A DNA stretch of 64,000 nt from Eimeria praecox. Taxonomy: Eukaryota. Positions 37,430 through 59,870 of this stretch are shown piece by piece. The position numbers were made by a program, and so were the translations under genes. Each line of letters begins with the position of its first letter. Position 1 is the first letter of the stretch. The notes under the pieces are model-generated. The model was given only the letters and a program-made list of their open reading frames with translations. It had not been told where the DNA came from and searched no databases. The stretch lies in the NCBI GenBank assembly GCA_963920595.1, contig OY986947.1, positions 1,736,001 through 1,800,000 on the forward strand. Reading direction: 5' to 3'.

Positions 37430-37572
37430 TTGGCTGTGAATGCAGCAGCAGCAGCAGCTGCTGCTGCTGCTGCTTCTCTCGGGTCAACAGAGGAGCTGGC
37501 GGTGTCGGTGGGCCACTGGGGCTGTGGAAAGAAGTGATCGTCGGGTCTCTTAGCCTCGTCAGACCCCTCCAT
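33555..37572 (-). CDS. PH-domain protein, paralog A; exons 37572-36633, 35246-34936, 33650-33555
   Basis: WSARYFLLYRGHWFWFRD...CLGSVSL...DRGAWVVHF is a PH-fold pattern; poly-Q/A/S N-terminus; phase-consistent splice sites. Confidence 0.8.
34660..34830. repeat. 42-bp minisatellite, about 4 copies, intronic
   Basis: GGAGACAGGTGTAGGAGAACACGAAAGGAGACAG repeated. Confidence 0.9.
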
Positions 37573-39574
37573 TTTTAGGGTTTAGGGTTTAGGGTTTAGG
37601 GTTTAGGCTACGAGGCGCACACCTCCTCCATACCTCTTTCAGGGACAACAGTCAAACAACAAGAGAGGGTTTAGCTGCTGCGTTAAACCCCGCAGCAGCA
37701 GCCCCCAGCGAGCCCTTCCCGATAGGACGGAGGCCGCAGATAATAACAAGTGGAGGAGGCAGCTAGGGTTTAGGGTTTAGGGTTTAGGGTTTAGGGTTTA
37801 AGAAGAGAACACTGCACAGGTAATCTGCGGCCCCGGCAGCCAGCCGATCGGCTGCGCAGGGCAGTGCGTGTGTTTGTGGTTTGTATCGTTGAGTCTCGAT
37901 AGATATAAGACAGAAAAAACCTAAACCCTAAACCCTAAACCCTAAACCCTCAGCTACGCCAAAGGCCCTCCAGCTCCCCAGAGCCGGGGGCCATACAGGA
38001 CAAGTTCGATACGGTTGTAGCCAGGGTTTAGGGTTTAGGGTTTGGTGGTCCAATGGTCTCATCTGCTCTTCAATTTTAAAAAACGCCAAAAGTGTATGAA
38101 CTCGTCAGTACCTAAACCCTAAACCCTAAACCCTAAACCCTTTTCGGGGGCCCCGTGGCCGGTCATTAGTTAGGTCAGCAGCAGCCTCTAGAGGCCCCGG
38201 CCCGAGACGGGCCCCCCTTGACAGCACGCTGTAAACTCTAAACCCTAAACCCTAAACCCTAAACCCTAAACCCTAAACCCTAAACCCTTTTGTTTTATAA
38301 CAATTTAAAGCGATGAAGAGACGGTTTGCATGCACCGGCCTTAGCTACAGTTGATGTTGTCGCTGACAGCCACAGCAGCGCGAGAGAAGAAAGCAGCAAA
38401 CATTAAGAGAGGGAGATTGTCGATAAACTGCAGTTAATTTAAGGTGTGCATACACCCGAAGTTGGAGACGGATATAGAGCTGTTTCCCTCGAAAGGCAGA
38501 GGCCGCTGCAGATACACCTGAGCGGCTTCAATACAATGCTGCTGCTCTTCTAAATGTGAGAGGGAAAGCAGCCAAGCGGACAGTGTGACAAACCCTAAAC
38601 CCTAAACCCTAAACCCTAAACCCTAGTTGAACGGACAGTGGAGAAAGACAACAGAGAGCGAAACTGCCTCAAGCCCTCCTTAACAACACACACACACACG
38701 TCAAAGATAGAAGAGATGTATAATAATGAGAGGCTTCAAGGCACTGACATTCGAAATAGAAGCCTACAGGGAAACATCTTAAATATAAACAAGGGGGGGC
38801 TCGTCTACAGTGTACGTACAGCGTAAACACAGAGACACAAAGACTGTAGGACAGCAGACCCTAAACCCTAAACCTCACAAGAAAACAAATTCTAAGAAAA
38901 GAAATACCCCGCCATGTACAGAGGGGCCTAAAATGCTTAAAAGAAAGAAAAAAAGATATGTTGTTAAGTCCTTCGGGGTGTATGCACATACCTGCACATA
39001 CACCCCAAGTCTACGAGAAATAGAGAAGGGAAACTCATGTTGCAAGTCGTGTGTGGTGTACATACACCCCAAAGTTGGAAGAAAACATTTGTTTATTGTA
39101 ATTTTAAAAGCGTGAACAACATTCGTTTAAACTATCTTTTCCCTATCATTTTGGAAGAGCTGCATATACACCCCAAAATATTTGAAGTGATTGGGGTGTA
39201 TACGCACATCTATCTGCAACGCAGTCAGAAATTCAAGTCTTTCTGCGCGGATTCGTTTATATTTATTTATAAAGAAACAAATTAATGCGCCCCAGTATGC
39301 CTATGGGCACACATCTTTAGAATAACAGGGGATCCTCTGCTGCTGCTTCTGCTGCTCCTGCAGCTGCAGCAGCAACAGCTGCTGCCGCTATACATCAGCT
39401 TGCAGTGTACGGACAGTTGCGCCCAAAGTAATGTATTTGCACCTGCTCGATGATGGTTAGAATATTCTCCACGCGAGAATCTCTCTCCCCCATCTGCACG
39501 TTCCAAACGTGCAGCCAAAACCCTAAACCCTAAACCCTAAACCCTAAACCCTAACCCCGAACTCTAAACCCTCA

Positions 39575-47057
<7,483 letters not shown>

Positions 47058-48715
47058 TGTTTCTCCTCCTGCTGCTGCTGTTGTTGTTGTTGTCGTTGCT
47101 GCTGCTGCTGCTGCTGCTGGAGCTGCAGCGGGGTACAACCGCTATGCCTCCGCCTCAGGCGGGCAGACACAGCCAGCAGATTAGACCCCCAAACACAGCC
47201 AATAGATAACAAAATGAAAAACTAGGGTTTAGGGTTTGGAGCTTAGGGTTTAGGGTTTAGGGTTTACGGTTTAGGGTAGAGAGCGCCGCTTCAACGCCCC
47301 CCTCTCAGGGTTGTAGCTGGCAGTCTGAAAGGTCTACAAATATATAAACCCTAATTTAGCGGATATATTCAAGATTTGCTTCATACAACCAAAACCCTAA
47401 ACCCTAAACCCTAAACCCCTGCATGCAGCCCCAGGGTGAGGGGGCCCTTTCAATTTCTGAGCCTCCTTCTTCGGTTTTAAACATTTACTGAACTTAATTT
47501 AATTTAATTATCTAAACTATTTGATATTATCATATTTTATTTGTATAATATAACATGGAGGGTGCTTAGGGGCTCTACTCAAAGGGCAGGCAACGCTAGC
47601 TTGAAGAAGTTGAGGTGTACATACACCCCGTTAAATTAAAAAACAAAACAAATCATATATTAATTGAATCCCCAAATTATAAAGGAAATGATAAAATAAA
47701 ATTAGTAATAATAATTTTTATTATTAAAAATAATAATAATAATAAATAATTCGATAATATATACAAATATGAATAGAATAGAACTTTGAGAACAAGAATG
47801 TGAGCAGAAAAAAAAAAGTAGAAAATAAATATAAATAATATAAATAAATAAAAATAAATAATTTATTTATTTATTTTATATTTTATAAATATTTTATATT
47901 TATTATATAGAAATAAATAAGAATAAGAAATGACAGAGAGGTTTTCTCCTCAACAATTTGATAGAAAGGCATCTTCAACTAATATTAATATTTATTTATA
48001 TTACATAAATAATATTTAAATAATCTAAAATAAATTAATCTAATGCTTTGAATTGAATAGGAAAACACCCATACACGAGGTGTACGTACACCAGAATCAT
48101 CAAACCCTAAACCCTAAACCCTAAACCCTAAACAGCAAGATGAAACTGCTGCTGCGCCACCGCTGTTTGCCTCTATCCTAAACAAGAAAGAATCAAACAG
48201 CAGCAAAACAACAACAACAACAGCAGCAGCAGCAGCTGCTGCTGCTGCTGCTGATTCTATTCCTCCTATTCAGCCTCACCTCCCCCCTCCTCCTTCTCTT
48301 AGTCTACAGCGAGTAGACTAACTAGCCAGAGCTACACATGCAATGTTGTTCTCACAGCTGCAGCAGCAGCAGCTGCTGCTGCTGCTGCAGCTGCTGCTGC
48401 TGCTGCTGCTGAAATACTCTTCAACCCCCCACGATCGGCAGCCTCCACCAACCCCACCGTTTAAACACCCTCCTCTTCCCCACAACCTGTGATGGCGTTC
48501 GACCATGCCGCAGCCCAGCAGCAGCAACAGCAGCAGCAGCAGCAGCTCAACGGGAGCAGCACATTCGCACATCAGCAGGTCAGCAGCAGCAGCAGCAGCA
48601 GCAGCTCCGCAGCAGCAGCAGCCAAGATACTGGGTCTAACTCTGAGAAGATGTGCAAAACCCTTCCTCTTAAGCTGTTACTTTTTCTTTACAGTGTGTCC
48701 CTATATATATAATAT

Positions 48716-48719
<4 letters not shown>

Positions 48720-48746
<27 letters not shown>

Positions 48747-49094
48747 TTTCTATATCTGCATCTATATATCTCTATATATCTATGTATATCTATCTATCTA
48801 CATCCATGCATCTATATCTATCTATATATATCTGTATCTATATCTGTATCTGTATCTATATCTATATCTATATCTATATCTATATCTATATCTATATCTA
48901 TATCTATATCTATATCTATATCTATATCTATATATCTATATCTATATCTATATCTATATCTATATATCTATATCTATATCTATATCTATATCTATATCTA
49001 TATCTATATCTATATCTATATCTATATATCTATATCTATATCTATATCTATATCTATATCTATATCTATATCTATATCTATCTATCTATCTATC

Positions 49095-49168
<74 letters not shown>
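48720..49168. repeat. (TATATC)n/(TA)n microsatellite
   Basis: Direct inspection. Confidence 0.95.
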
Positions 49169-49171
<3 letters not shown>

Positions 49172-49469
49172 GCTGCCATAGAACTTGGCAGTTTGCTTAC
49201 CTTGTGCTTCTTTAGGGTTTAATGTATTTTTGTGCTGTCATTAACAAAGACGAAAAGGACAGACAGACTGCATGCATTATGCATGCAACGTCTTCTTTAT
49301 TGCATGCATTATGCATGCAATATTTTCTTTATTGCATGCATTATGCATGCAATGAAAAGAGAAAACAAAGCAAAGATAACAGAACTGTCGAAGAGCATCC
49401 CATAGAGGGCTTCTGTATAAGCTACGGTGTACATACACCCCCCCAACGAGGGTACGGACAGCCTAAACC

Positions 49470-49600
49470 CTAAACCCTAAACCCTAGATATGTCGGATCC
49501 CCAACTTGAGACGCAATCAATCGAGAGCGGTTCTGCAAGACCTCCCAGTCAACCTGCGGGTAGCATTTCCTTATCAACTCTCCCTGTAAATACACAAGAA

Positions 49601-49668
<68 letters not shown>

Positions 49669-50771
49669 AATAGTAATAATAATAGTAATATATTTATAAT
49701 AATATATTATAATATACTTAATTAATCTAGAAAAGCCGCCTCTCTCCATGCAAGAAGATAGAAAGCCCCACCCACCGCATCACCAAACACAAGACAAATA
49801 GAAACAAAAAAACAAATATAGATGAAGATAGATATACGGCGAGCGTACATACACTCAAGCAACGACGTATATAGACAGAATGAGAGACTGAGAGGCAAGT
49901 AATCCAAACAAACAAACAAACAAATAAACAAACAAAACAAAACAAAACAAAAACAAAAAACAAACAAACAAACAAACAAAACAAGCAAAGTAAACAAACA
50001 AACAAACAAACAAACAAACGAAATAAACAAACAAACAAACCAACAAACGAACAAACAAAACAAAACAAAATAAACAAACAAACAAACAAACAAACAAACA
50101 AACAAACAAACAAACAAGAACGCACGAAAACAAACACAAATAAACAAGCAAACAAACAAACAAATAAACAAACAAACAAACAAACAGACAAGAACAAACA
50201 AACGAACAAACAAACAAACAAACAAAATAAACAAGATAAACAAACAAACAAACAAACAAACAAGAAAGAAAGCAAGAAAACAAACACAAATAAACAAACG
50301 GAGACAAACAGACAAACAGAGAGACAAACACACAGAGAGATTTAAACACCGAAAATAAACAAACAAACAAACAGAAAGACAGACAGACAGACAGACAGAG
50401 ACAGAGAGACAGAGAGAGAGAGACAGAGAGAGAGAGAGAGGGAGAGAGTGAGAGAGAGAGACAGAGAGAGAGAGAGACAGAGACAGAGAGAGAGAGACAG
50501 AGAGAGAGAGAGAGACAGAGACAGAGAGAGAGAGAGAGTCTCAGAAAGTATAAATAGGGAGACAGGCAATGATGCAGACAGCAAAACCACGCGGTGTACA
50601 TACAGCCAGAAGGTGCATATACAGTCAAAATAAATAATAAAGAGCAATCCCATTCTCTCTCATTCTCTCTTTCTCCCTCAAACACAATAAAGTAGAACAA
50701 AGAAGAAAAAAGAAAACAGAGGAGACAGTGTGTGTGGGTGTGCGCATGTGTAGTAGTTGTTGTAGAAGCTG

Positions 50772-50842
<71 letters not shown>

Positions 50843-50962
50843 TGAGAGAGAGAGAGAGAGAGAAGACAGGGACAGACAGACAGAGGGAGACAGACAGAGA
50901 GGAAGAGATAGACAGAGAGACACAGAGAGAGGAAGAGAGAGAGAGACAGACCGAGAGAGTGG

Positions 50963-50993
<31 letters not shown>

Positions 50994-51147
50994 CAACAGA
51001 TAGACAGAGACAGCCATTGAGACAGACATCAAGCCAGACAGAACGACAGAGAGACGGAGAGAGTGGGAGAGAGAGAGAAAGGGAGACAGACAGACAGACC
51101 GACAGATAGACAGAGACAGCCATTGAGACAGACATCAAGCCAGACAG

Positions 51148-51191
<44 letters not shown>

Positions 51192-51559
51192 CGATAAAGA
51201 GACAGTATATGCAGGACTTACTTTATTTTGATGAGCTAAGAAGTGTAGGACCCACGCCCCTCTGTCTCTCTTTTCAATGCTCGTATCAATGATCATATAA
51301 AACCAACCTCCTACAACTAAAACAAACCTACTACTACGTTTAGGGTCTAACTCAATTTGTACGGGGCTTATAATTAGAGACAGAGACCCTAAACAACCAT
51401 CCAATCCTAGAGACAGATACGATTGAATATCTCGAAACCAAAACAAATGACAACGATGAAGCAATAAATAGCGAAACGACCAACGCCGACGATGCAGCCA
51501 ACGTCCCCGCCCCAAAGGAGACACATTCACTGAACCTGCAGCAGCAGCAACAGCAGCAA

Positions 51560-51594
<35 letters not shown>

Positions 51595-51674
51595 GCAGCA
51601 GAGAATTTGCTGCAGGTAAGGTGGAAAGAGAAAGAGAAGCTGCAATATATACAGCAGCAGCGGCAACACATACT

Positions 51675-51710
<36 letters not shown>

Positions 51711-52427
51711 TGACAGCAGCACAAACAGCAACAAAACTAACAACAACAGCAGCAGCAGCAACAACACACAAAACAACAGCAAGACAAACAGCAACAGCAA
51801 CAGCAGAAGCAAAGGCGAGAGACAGAGGAGACAGAGCTCTATACAAAGAGAGACAGAAGATAAGACAGTCTATACACCTGAGCTGATGCATGCATGCGCA
51901 TACACCTCACTATATCTAAATTAATTAAAACAAAGGACAAGCAGCAGAAGCTGCAGATACAGCCGAGGGAATACAAACAGCAGCAGCAACAGCGGCAGCA
52001 ACAAATAGATAAATACAAATAAAGAGAGACAGAGAGAGCAACAGAGACAGAGACAGACACAAAAATATAGATAAATATAAACTCCAAAGACAGGGGGGGG
52101 AGAGAGAAGATATTCTACATCAAATACAAATATAAACACAGATAGAGACAGAGACAGAAAAATAAAGAGACAGAGACAGAGAGACAGATGTAGATGAAGA
52201 GAGAGATAGATATAAACGAAGATAGACAGACACACAAAGAAACAAATAAAAAGACAAACAACACAGAGAGAAACAGAGACAGAGGAGATAGAAGAGACAG
52301 AAGAGACAGAGAAGAGAGAGACACCCAAGCCTGTCTCAACGTACTTCAACAGGGTTAGGTGTTGGATGAGTGAACAGATGTCAACAGCAGCAGCAACAGC
52401 AGCAGCAGCAATAGCAGCAGCAGCAAT

Positions 52428-52458
<31 letters not shown>

Positions 52459-52632
52459 CGAGCATGAGGAGGAAGAGAGAAGGCGGCCCCCACCGACGGA
52501 TCCCCTCCTCCAAATCAGCAGCACGAACCCAAGCAGCAGCAGCAGCATCAGCAGCTCCAACAGCAGCAGCAACCGCATCACGAGCGCCATCATCAGCAGC
52601 ACGAGCAGCAGCAGCAACAGCAGCAGCAGCAA

Positions 52633-52664
<32 letters not shown>

Positions 52665-53038
52665 GCATACCATGGAAGAAGGGGAGCCTATCTAGGTCTA
52701 GCTCTCCTGTCGCATCTTCAAGGACATATCCATTAAATGCGACAGAGAGTTTAAGTGCTGCAGGAGAAAGTTGTTTATAAATAAATTGTTTAGTAATTAA
52801 TTTTTCGAAAGATTTTCGTGATATTATCTTTGGATTCGTTATATATGTACGTTGGGGGAATGAAGTCAAATACTCCTCTAAATATCTACCTTCTGTCTCT
52901 GTCTCTGTCTCTGTCTCCCTTTCTGTCTCCTTATCTCTCCTTCTTTCGTGCTCTAATTGCGTCGATTGCTTCATTAAACAAGATGCACGACGCCCCTCAA
53001 ACACTGGAACGCTGATGCAGCTATTACTACTATCACCA

Positions 53039-53079
<41 letters not shown>

Positions 53080-53410
53080 TGTTGTTGTTGTAGATGCAGC
53101 AGCAGCGCCTGCAGGGGGAGGAGGAGCAGCAGCAGCAGCGCCAGGGACAGAGAGACAAGAAGCAGCGACACCATCCCCAGAACCCCCAGCAGAAGGTGCT
53201 GCTGCTGCTGCAGCACGTGCTGCACGTACAGCACGTGCAGCAGCAGCAGCAGCAGCAGGAGCAGCAGCAAGAGCCTCATACAGTCTATCAATATCTGTAT
53301 CTGTAGATGTACGCTCCAGCTGCTCGTTCAACGTCTCCATCATCAGCCCGCTCGGCTCTGGGGGTGAGGGGCTGAGGTGTCTCGCGCTGCTGCAGTGCCA
53401 AGCCCCTCCC

Positions 53411-53459
<49 letters not shown>

Positions 53460-53809
53460 CGCCAATACATCTGCTGCACTGACAGAGACGATCTGATACG
53501 ACTCCACCACGGAAGACACCGCACCCCACACCTGTGGCTGTCTCACACCCCCTAAGCCCCTTTAACTGCTGCTGCAGCTGCTGCTGCAGTTGCTGCTGCT
53601 GCTCCTGAAGCTGCTTCTGTAGCTGCAGCTGCTGCTCCTGCAACTGTTCTTGCAGCTGCTGCTGCTGACGTAGTAGCAGCTGCTGCAGCACCTTCTGCTG
53701 CTGCTGCAGCTGCTGCAGTGGCTGCTGTTCCTGATGTGTTTCCCGCTGCTGCTGTGGCGTTTGTTGTTGCTGCAGCAGCTGCTGTTGCTGCTGCTGTTGC
53801 TGCTCTAGC

Positions 53810-53844
<35 letters not shown>

Positions 53845-54270
53845 GAAGGGCACCCCTGCTGCTGCTAGGATACGGGAGTTTGCTTCGAGCCTGTTTAACT
53901 GCAGCTGCAGCACAGCAGCATCGCGTAGAGCAGCAAGCAACCCCATATCCACAGTCTCAGTCTCCGAGCCGCTGCAGGTCTTGATGCTGCTGCTGTCGAT
54001 GCTGCTGCTGCTGCTGCTGTTGCTGCTGTTGCTGTTGCTGTTGTTGGTGCTGCTGTTGCTGCTGCTAATACTAATATCCACCCCTGAGGTGCTGCTGCTC
54101 ATGCTGTCGCTGCAGCTGTTGTTGTTGTTGCTGCTGCTGCTGCTACTGCTGCTGCTGCTGCTGATGATGCCGCCGTCGCTGCCTTCGAGCTCGTCGCTAG
54201 CCCGCGAGCTTACCCCCCGCACATTCGCCATTTCTATGTTGCTGCTGGTGTTGCTGCAGCTACTCTTGTT

Positions 54271-54307
<37 letters not shown>

Positions 54308-54378
54308 CTGATGCGAGGGCTGCTGCTGTCTCGCGTGCTACGTGCTTCGCCCCAGCGGCGCCCCAGCCTCCAAGGCAT
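49470..54378 (-). CDS. PH-domain protein, paralog B; exons about 54378-52671, 51535-51222, 49583-49470
   Basis: [18 protein letters not shown]...CLGSLSL...DRGAWVLHF; same intron positions and flanking blocks as paralog A; start codon uncertain. Confidence 0.8.
49900..51200. repeat. Intronic (AAAC)n, (AG)n/(AGAC)n and (TA)n simple repeats
   Basis: Direct inspection. Confidence 0.9.
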
Positions 54379-55122
54379 TCGTTAAACCCCACAATTCAAA
54401 TATCTAACAAATAAGATTGATAAGGATTGTAAGGATGTTGTTGTGTTGCTGTTGCTGTTGCTGCAGCAGCTGCTGCTGCAGCAGCTGCTGCTGCTGTGTC
54501 TGTGCCTTCCGGTGCTCGTGCTGTTGGTGGTTTCGATGTTGTTTCTGCTGCAGCAGAGTCTCTGCTGGTGTCTATACACCGATTTAAATATTTTATTTTA
54601 TTCTTTCTTTTATTAATAAATTAAAACCCCAAACAAATCTCAAAAGACCGCGTTTCCCTCACAAAGGAAGAGAGAGGCACACGAGAAGCAGCCACAGGTT
54701 TATCGTAGGCGTTCGAGGCACCGCAGGTTTGATTTTGTTTATTATGAAAGTATAAGACAGATGAATTATATATTTATATGACAGCAACAATTGCTGTTTT
54801 AAAATAATAATAATAATAAATATAAAACTCAACACCACATACACCGCGTTGCTTGAGGGGGGCTGCTCGTTCGTAGGTACGCTGATGGAGTGGTTTGGTC
54901 CTGCTGCCGCCTAGGCAGTAAATGTGGGGCTTTTCCTCTTTCTTATACTTTATATATTTATTTTAATTAATAAACATTTTATTTTTAATATATAAACACA
55001 AATTTAAACCCAAAAAACCATGAAAATGAAGCCTATATAACAGTACGCCTCACCCCCCTTCCCCCCCCCCCCCCCCCCCCCGCTCGAGACACTCTCGATG
55101 CACTCTGCTCTGCTCCCTAGGG

Positions 55123-55167
<45 letters not shown>

Positions 55168-58100
55168 TGTTCTTGTCTTGTTATTTGTTTAATTTTATTA
55201 TTATGAGACCATAATGATTTAATATAAACACCTGCTCCAGACACACGAGCCTCAAAATGCACTGTCTTCAACTGTCTGTTGTTAACGTCTCAGCCTACAA
55301 GTAGGGGGAGCGACTTCCCCCATGTACAATATAAATACAATCTGCTAGAGAGAGGGGAGCCCTCCCTAAAATATTGTTTGTTATGTTTATGATTATATCT
55401 GATTCTATCTGTTCTTTATGGTGGACAGAGCAACCCGAAACGATCTCAGTTCCAGCTGCAGGACCCTCATACAACTCTCCTCTCTCTGTGCAGGGTGTAC
55501 ATACTGTAGCAGCTGCGGGTGAGAGAAGAGCTTCTTGTATGTGTATGTAAGGGAGGAGGGTGTGGATAGATTGTGGGTGCCTCCTCTACCCTGACAGGAG
55601 GAGCAAGGGAGCGGCAGAGGCTTCCCTGAGGGGCAAGTGACACTGAGGGGGGATGGCGTCTCTGCGTCTCTCTCGCGTTTAACAGCTAAGTGGATTAGCT
55701 GCACCTAAGAAAGGCCTCAACTGATCAGGCTATACAAAGGCCACCTAGGGGCTTTGAGGGTAGTGTCTGTCTTTTTATGAGAAGTGTGCAGCTTAAGCTG
55801 AAGGGGAGTACTCCTCTGCAGCCACTCAGAGACAGCATGCAAAGCCCCTCAACGCAACACTCCATCTCCTCCAGCTAAAAGAAAAAGAGTTGGCTTCTAT
55901 TTACATGCACAGGGTTTGTTGAGTTTAACCTACCAGCATAGTATTCCCACCCGAGGAGTCCCTACAGTAGAAAAGAAGCCCTCAACTACATAAGATTATA
56001 AAAATAAAATATATAAAATTATATTATATTAATATTATATTAAATATATTAAAATATATTATATTAAATTGTAAGTAGGATTGTTATGCAATCTGACATT
56101 TCTTCCATTTCTTGACCTTCAAGGACAACTTGAAAGTGCACATTTTGCACAACCTGGCTCGCCGCTATCATTCATGTTCGTTAAGGGTGGCGTCTCATTC
56201 CCAGTGAAACGAAACACAGATAAGCCATTTCTTAAAGGGAGGGGGGGGGGTGAGGGAGGGGGGGGGGCCGGGGGGTTGCTGTATAAGAGAACAGGAACAC
56301 CCCATATTCAAGACAGTATGCCAATTACGGGCGCTTCTTGTGAAATACACCAGCATAATGCCATAGAAGAGACGGCCTCCAGTGATAGGATGGATGAAGA
56401 CATCGCAATTGTAAATGGGTATTGAGAACCCCAAAGTGGCTTTGGGTTGGAGATCCTTATGCGACCTTCTATCCCAAACGATTCCTCATGCTCATTCAAA
56501 CGCTGAAGGGCTATACCCGTTTTGCGTGGTCGCCGTCTGGCAGTTTATAATATCCCTTGTAGCCCCCCCCCCCACCCCCCCTGCACACAATTGGCTTATA
56601 GCATAACAGTGCAAACCTCCAGTTGTACGAATTCTCTGATCTACGCTGAACCACCGGTGCCTCAACTGACGCTGGATCTAGTTGTTGGCAGCCAGTCCAT
56701 TGTTTCCCCACCTTCATAAATCTACACATAGCTTGCACCCGCTCGAGAATGCATGATGAGTGTACAAGAACGCGAAGAATGAAACTATGAGTAGCAAATT
56801 TCTGCGTATATATTCTTTACCACGGTGATTTCGTTTTAGTCATTTGACACACTCTGAGGAACAAGCAGGAGAATGAGAAGCCGAAGAAGCTCAAGACACA
56901 TTGGATAGGCTCCTCTGCTTTTCGTTCACGGCTCAACGCGTTAGCGTACACCGTAACTTTACCACCAACGTGGAGATGCCACCATTTAATAAATGCATGC
57001 CTTCCAGAACAGCTCAAGAATACACTGAAAAAAATGTCGAATCCTTCCCCCCAAAGATAGTAACTACTCCGTCGCGTGAAGGAATAACAGGAGGAGGCTG
57101 AGATCCTGGACACGCGTGTAACAACGCACAGAAGCAAGAGAAGAGGAGAAATTGAGGGTAAAGTGCCATCATGAGGCCAATTTTGTCTCGACAGTAAATG
57201 TAATTAGGAGTGTGTTAGCAAAGCACGATAAAATACGTCTCCCCGCATACCATGAACGAGACGGATTAAAATCAAGTTGCAGCACGTGCTGTATCCTGCT
57301 TGTCACTGCGAACAATAACTTCTACTCTTCACCATTACCCAAACCTCATGACTGTAGAACAGGAAGGATGCCTCTTTACCAGCATAGGAGGAAATTCTCC
57401 TTCAAAAATAGTGTGCCGGCGGGGCGCTGTCGCCGTCTCATAGTTTTGAAGAGGAGCCAGCGTATTTGTTAAAGAGCTTAGCGCCAGTTATTACTGTGCA
57501 CTTTTGACCCCAATCCTATCATAGGAAAGTGGCCTCGGCACCCTTCATTTGCAAAGCAAGCACTCCGCCTTCCGCCCATACCGTGAGTGAGACTTGTTTG
57601 TATTTATTTGAGAAGGGTTCAACTCTCCGATACAATGTGGTATAAAGCTAAAGTAGCAAGCCAGGCATGGACTCGAGCATACGATACTAGAATCTGCACA
57701 ATATGCGGGATTTGTGGAGGATGGTCTTCTGACACCCCAAGCTGTGAAGGAAGGGTTTTCTGGTTTTCTACCGGACAATCGTCACCTCCCGCTACCACCG
57801 AAAACTACGATATATGGCTGGGACTTGTTTTATTCCTTCCCCCGCATTTTTTGCTGCTGACTCTTTTAACAAGGCACTGAGGAAACAAAATACAAATACT
57901 GTTGAACGATTATCGTCCAATAGACACACCTCGCCTCCCCTCAGATGAAGCTTGCTAATTTGCGTTCTGCATGCCCCCACATTAATTTCCCTTCTCTTGT
58001 TTGTTTTCTAACGAGGGGCTGCACTTCACCTTGTGTACATTTTACATGCATTGAAGGGAGAGCGCGTGGCTTATGTAGACTGCCGATCGGGGAGCCTTAG

Positions 58101-58258
58101 CCCCGGCTACAGCAATTTTATTATTAACCTGCATGCGAGAATGTTCTGTGAAGCATTATACACATCACTAAAGCTTTGAGGATCTCAAAGAAGCGTTTAT
58201 AACGTCTAATAAAAAACTAACATCACCAGGACTCAGGCAGAAAAGAGACGCGAGATTG

Positions 58259-58330
58259 TCCGAGTTAGTATAGTGGCTAGTATTTCCGCCTGTCACGCGG
58301 AAGACCCGGGTTCAATTCCCGGACTCGGAG
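58259..58330 (+). tRNA. tRNA-Asp(GTC)
   Basis: TCCGAGT/ACTCGGA acceptor stem, anticodon loop CTGTCAC, T-loop GTTCAATT, followed by TTTT. Confidence 0.97.
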
Positions 58331-58954
58331 GTTTTATTGCCACTTTATATGATGCCCATATAATATTATTATCGTCATACTATCGCGCGTTTTCGATTTA
58401 TTATATTAAACAAATACCCCCGGAGGTGTTGTACAACACAATTTGCAACTAAGGCTAACTCTAACAACGCAGGCCAGCTACCACCGAGAACCCCAGTGAG
58501 AATAGCCTGTTGGGTGTACATACACCCCGCAGTTACTACAACTACACCAGCTACATGTGTTATACAGTATAAGCAACCCCTAAGCCTGTGCGCCTGTTAT
58601 CTATAGGCTGCTTGTTGGTGGGGTCCTCGTCTCTTCAAATGTTTCTTTCTTGCTGTTTTGTTTCCTTCTTCATCTCTACACGTCTGTGGGCTTAGCTATA
58701 ACTGCCACGAAGTAGTTCATCTTCCTCTTAGAGAGAAGAAAATATAACCTACTTCATATATTTATACTTATGCTGCATCAGTGCATGCACACAGCCCCAA
58801 CCAGCCAGCTTTACGCTGAGAGAAAAGTTTACAAACATTTTTTTTTGGTTTTCTACCCTCAGCGCCCCCCACAAGAAATCATGAACAGAGACAGCGCATT
58901 TATTATTAATTAATCTGATGCACCGTTTCCGTAGTTGAACACATACAGTGTACA

Positions 58955-59241
58955 GGGTGTACGAGATACATGGGGCTGTATGGGACTGTATGCATGCATG
59001 CATGCCTGCATGCCTGCATGCATGCATGCATGCATGCAGGGTATACAAGATACATGGGGCTGTAAGGGATTGTGTGCATGCCTGCATGCATGCATGCATG
59101 CAGGGTATACAAGATACATGGGGCTGTAAGGGATTGTGTGCATGCATGCCTGCATGCATGCATGCATGCATGCTGGGTGTACAAGATACATGGGGCTGTA
59201 TGGGACTGTGTGCATGCATGCATGCATGCATGCATGCATGC
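58955..59241. repeat. Minisatellite, 4 copies of about 65-80 bp, carrying (TGCA)n
   Basis: GGGT(A/G)TAC(A/G)AGATACATGGGGCTGTA(T/A)GGGA..TG followed by TGCA runs. Confidence 0.9.
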
Positions 59242-59254
59242 GTTTTTGTTTGTT

Positions 59255-59552
59255 TTATCCTCTCGCTTCGTATAGCCTGCGTATATGGGCCTCTTCAGTT
59301 CTAATCCCTGTTACAGGACAGCGTCTGTGTCTTCTTATATACGCAACGATGCAACGATAACAAAATACAAAACCACTCGGCACACAAGCTGCTCCTTCAC
59401 GAGGAAAATGACAGAGGGGGCATATACGAGGATCCTGAGCAACATAAATATAAGAAACTGGTTTAGTTTATAACACTAATAAATTAATTAATTAATTAAT
59501 ACATAATATAAATACAAAAATACAGAATGAAATATGAAAAATAAATAAATAA

Positions 59553-59620
<68 letters not shown>

Positions 59621-59790
59621 CATATATACATACATGCGTAGACGCACAAACATCCATATATGTACATATATATTATATCTAAGTATATAAGCATAATACA
59701 TGCGCGTATACATATTACCTTAACACATAGCCTACATACATACCTACACAGATATACCTAAACAAAGATCTATACAACTATACAAACAGC

Positions 59791-59870
<80 letters not shown>

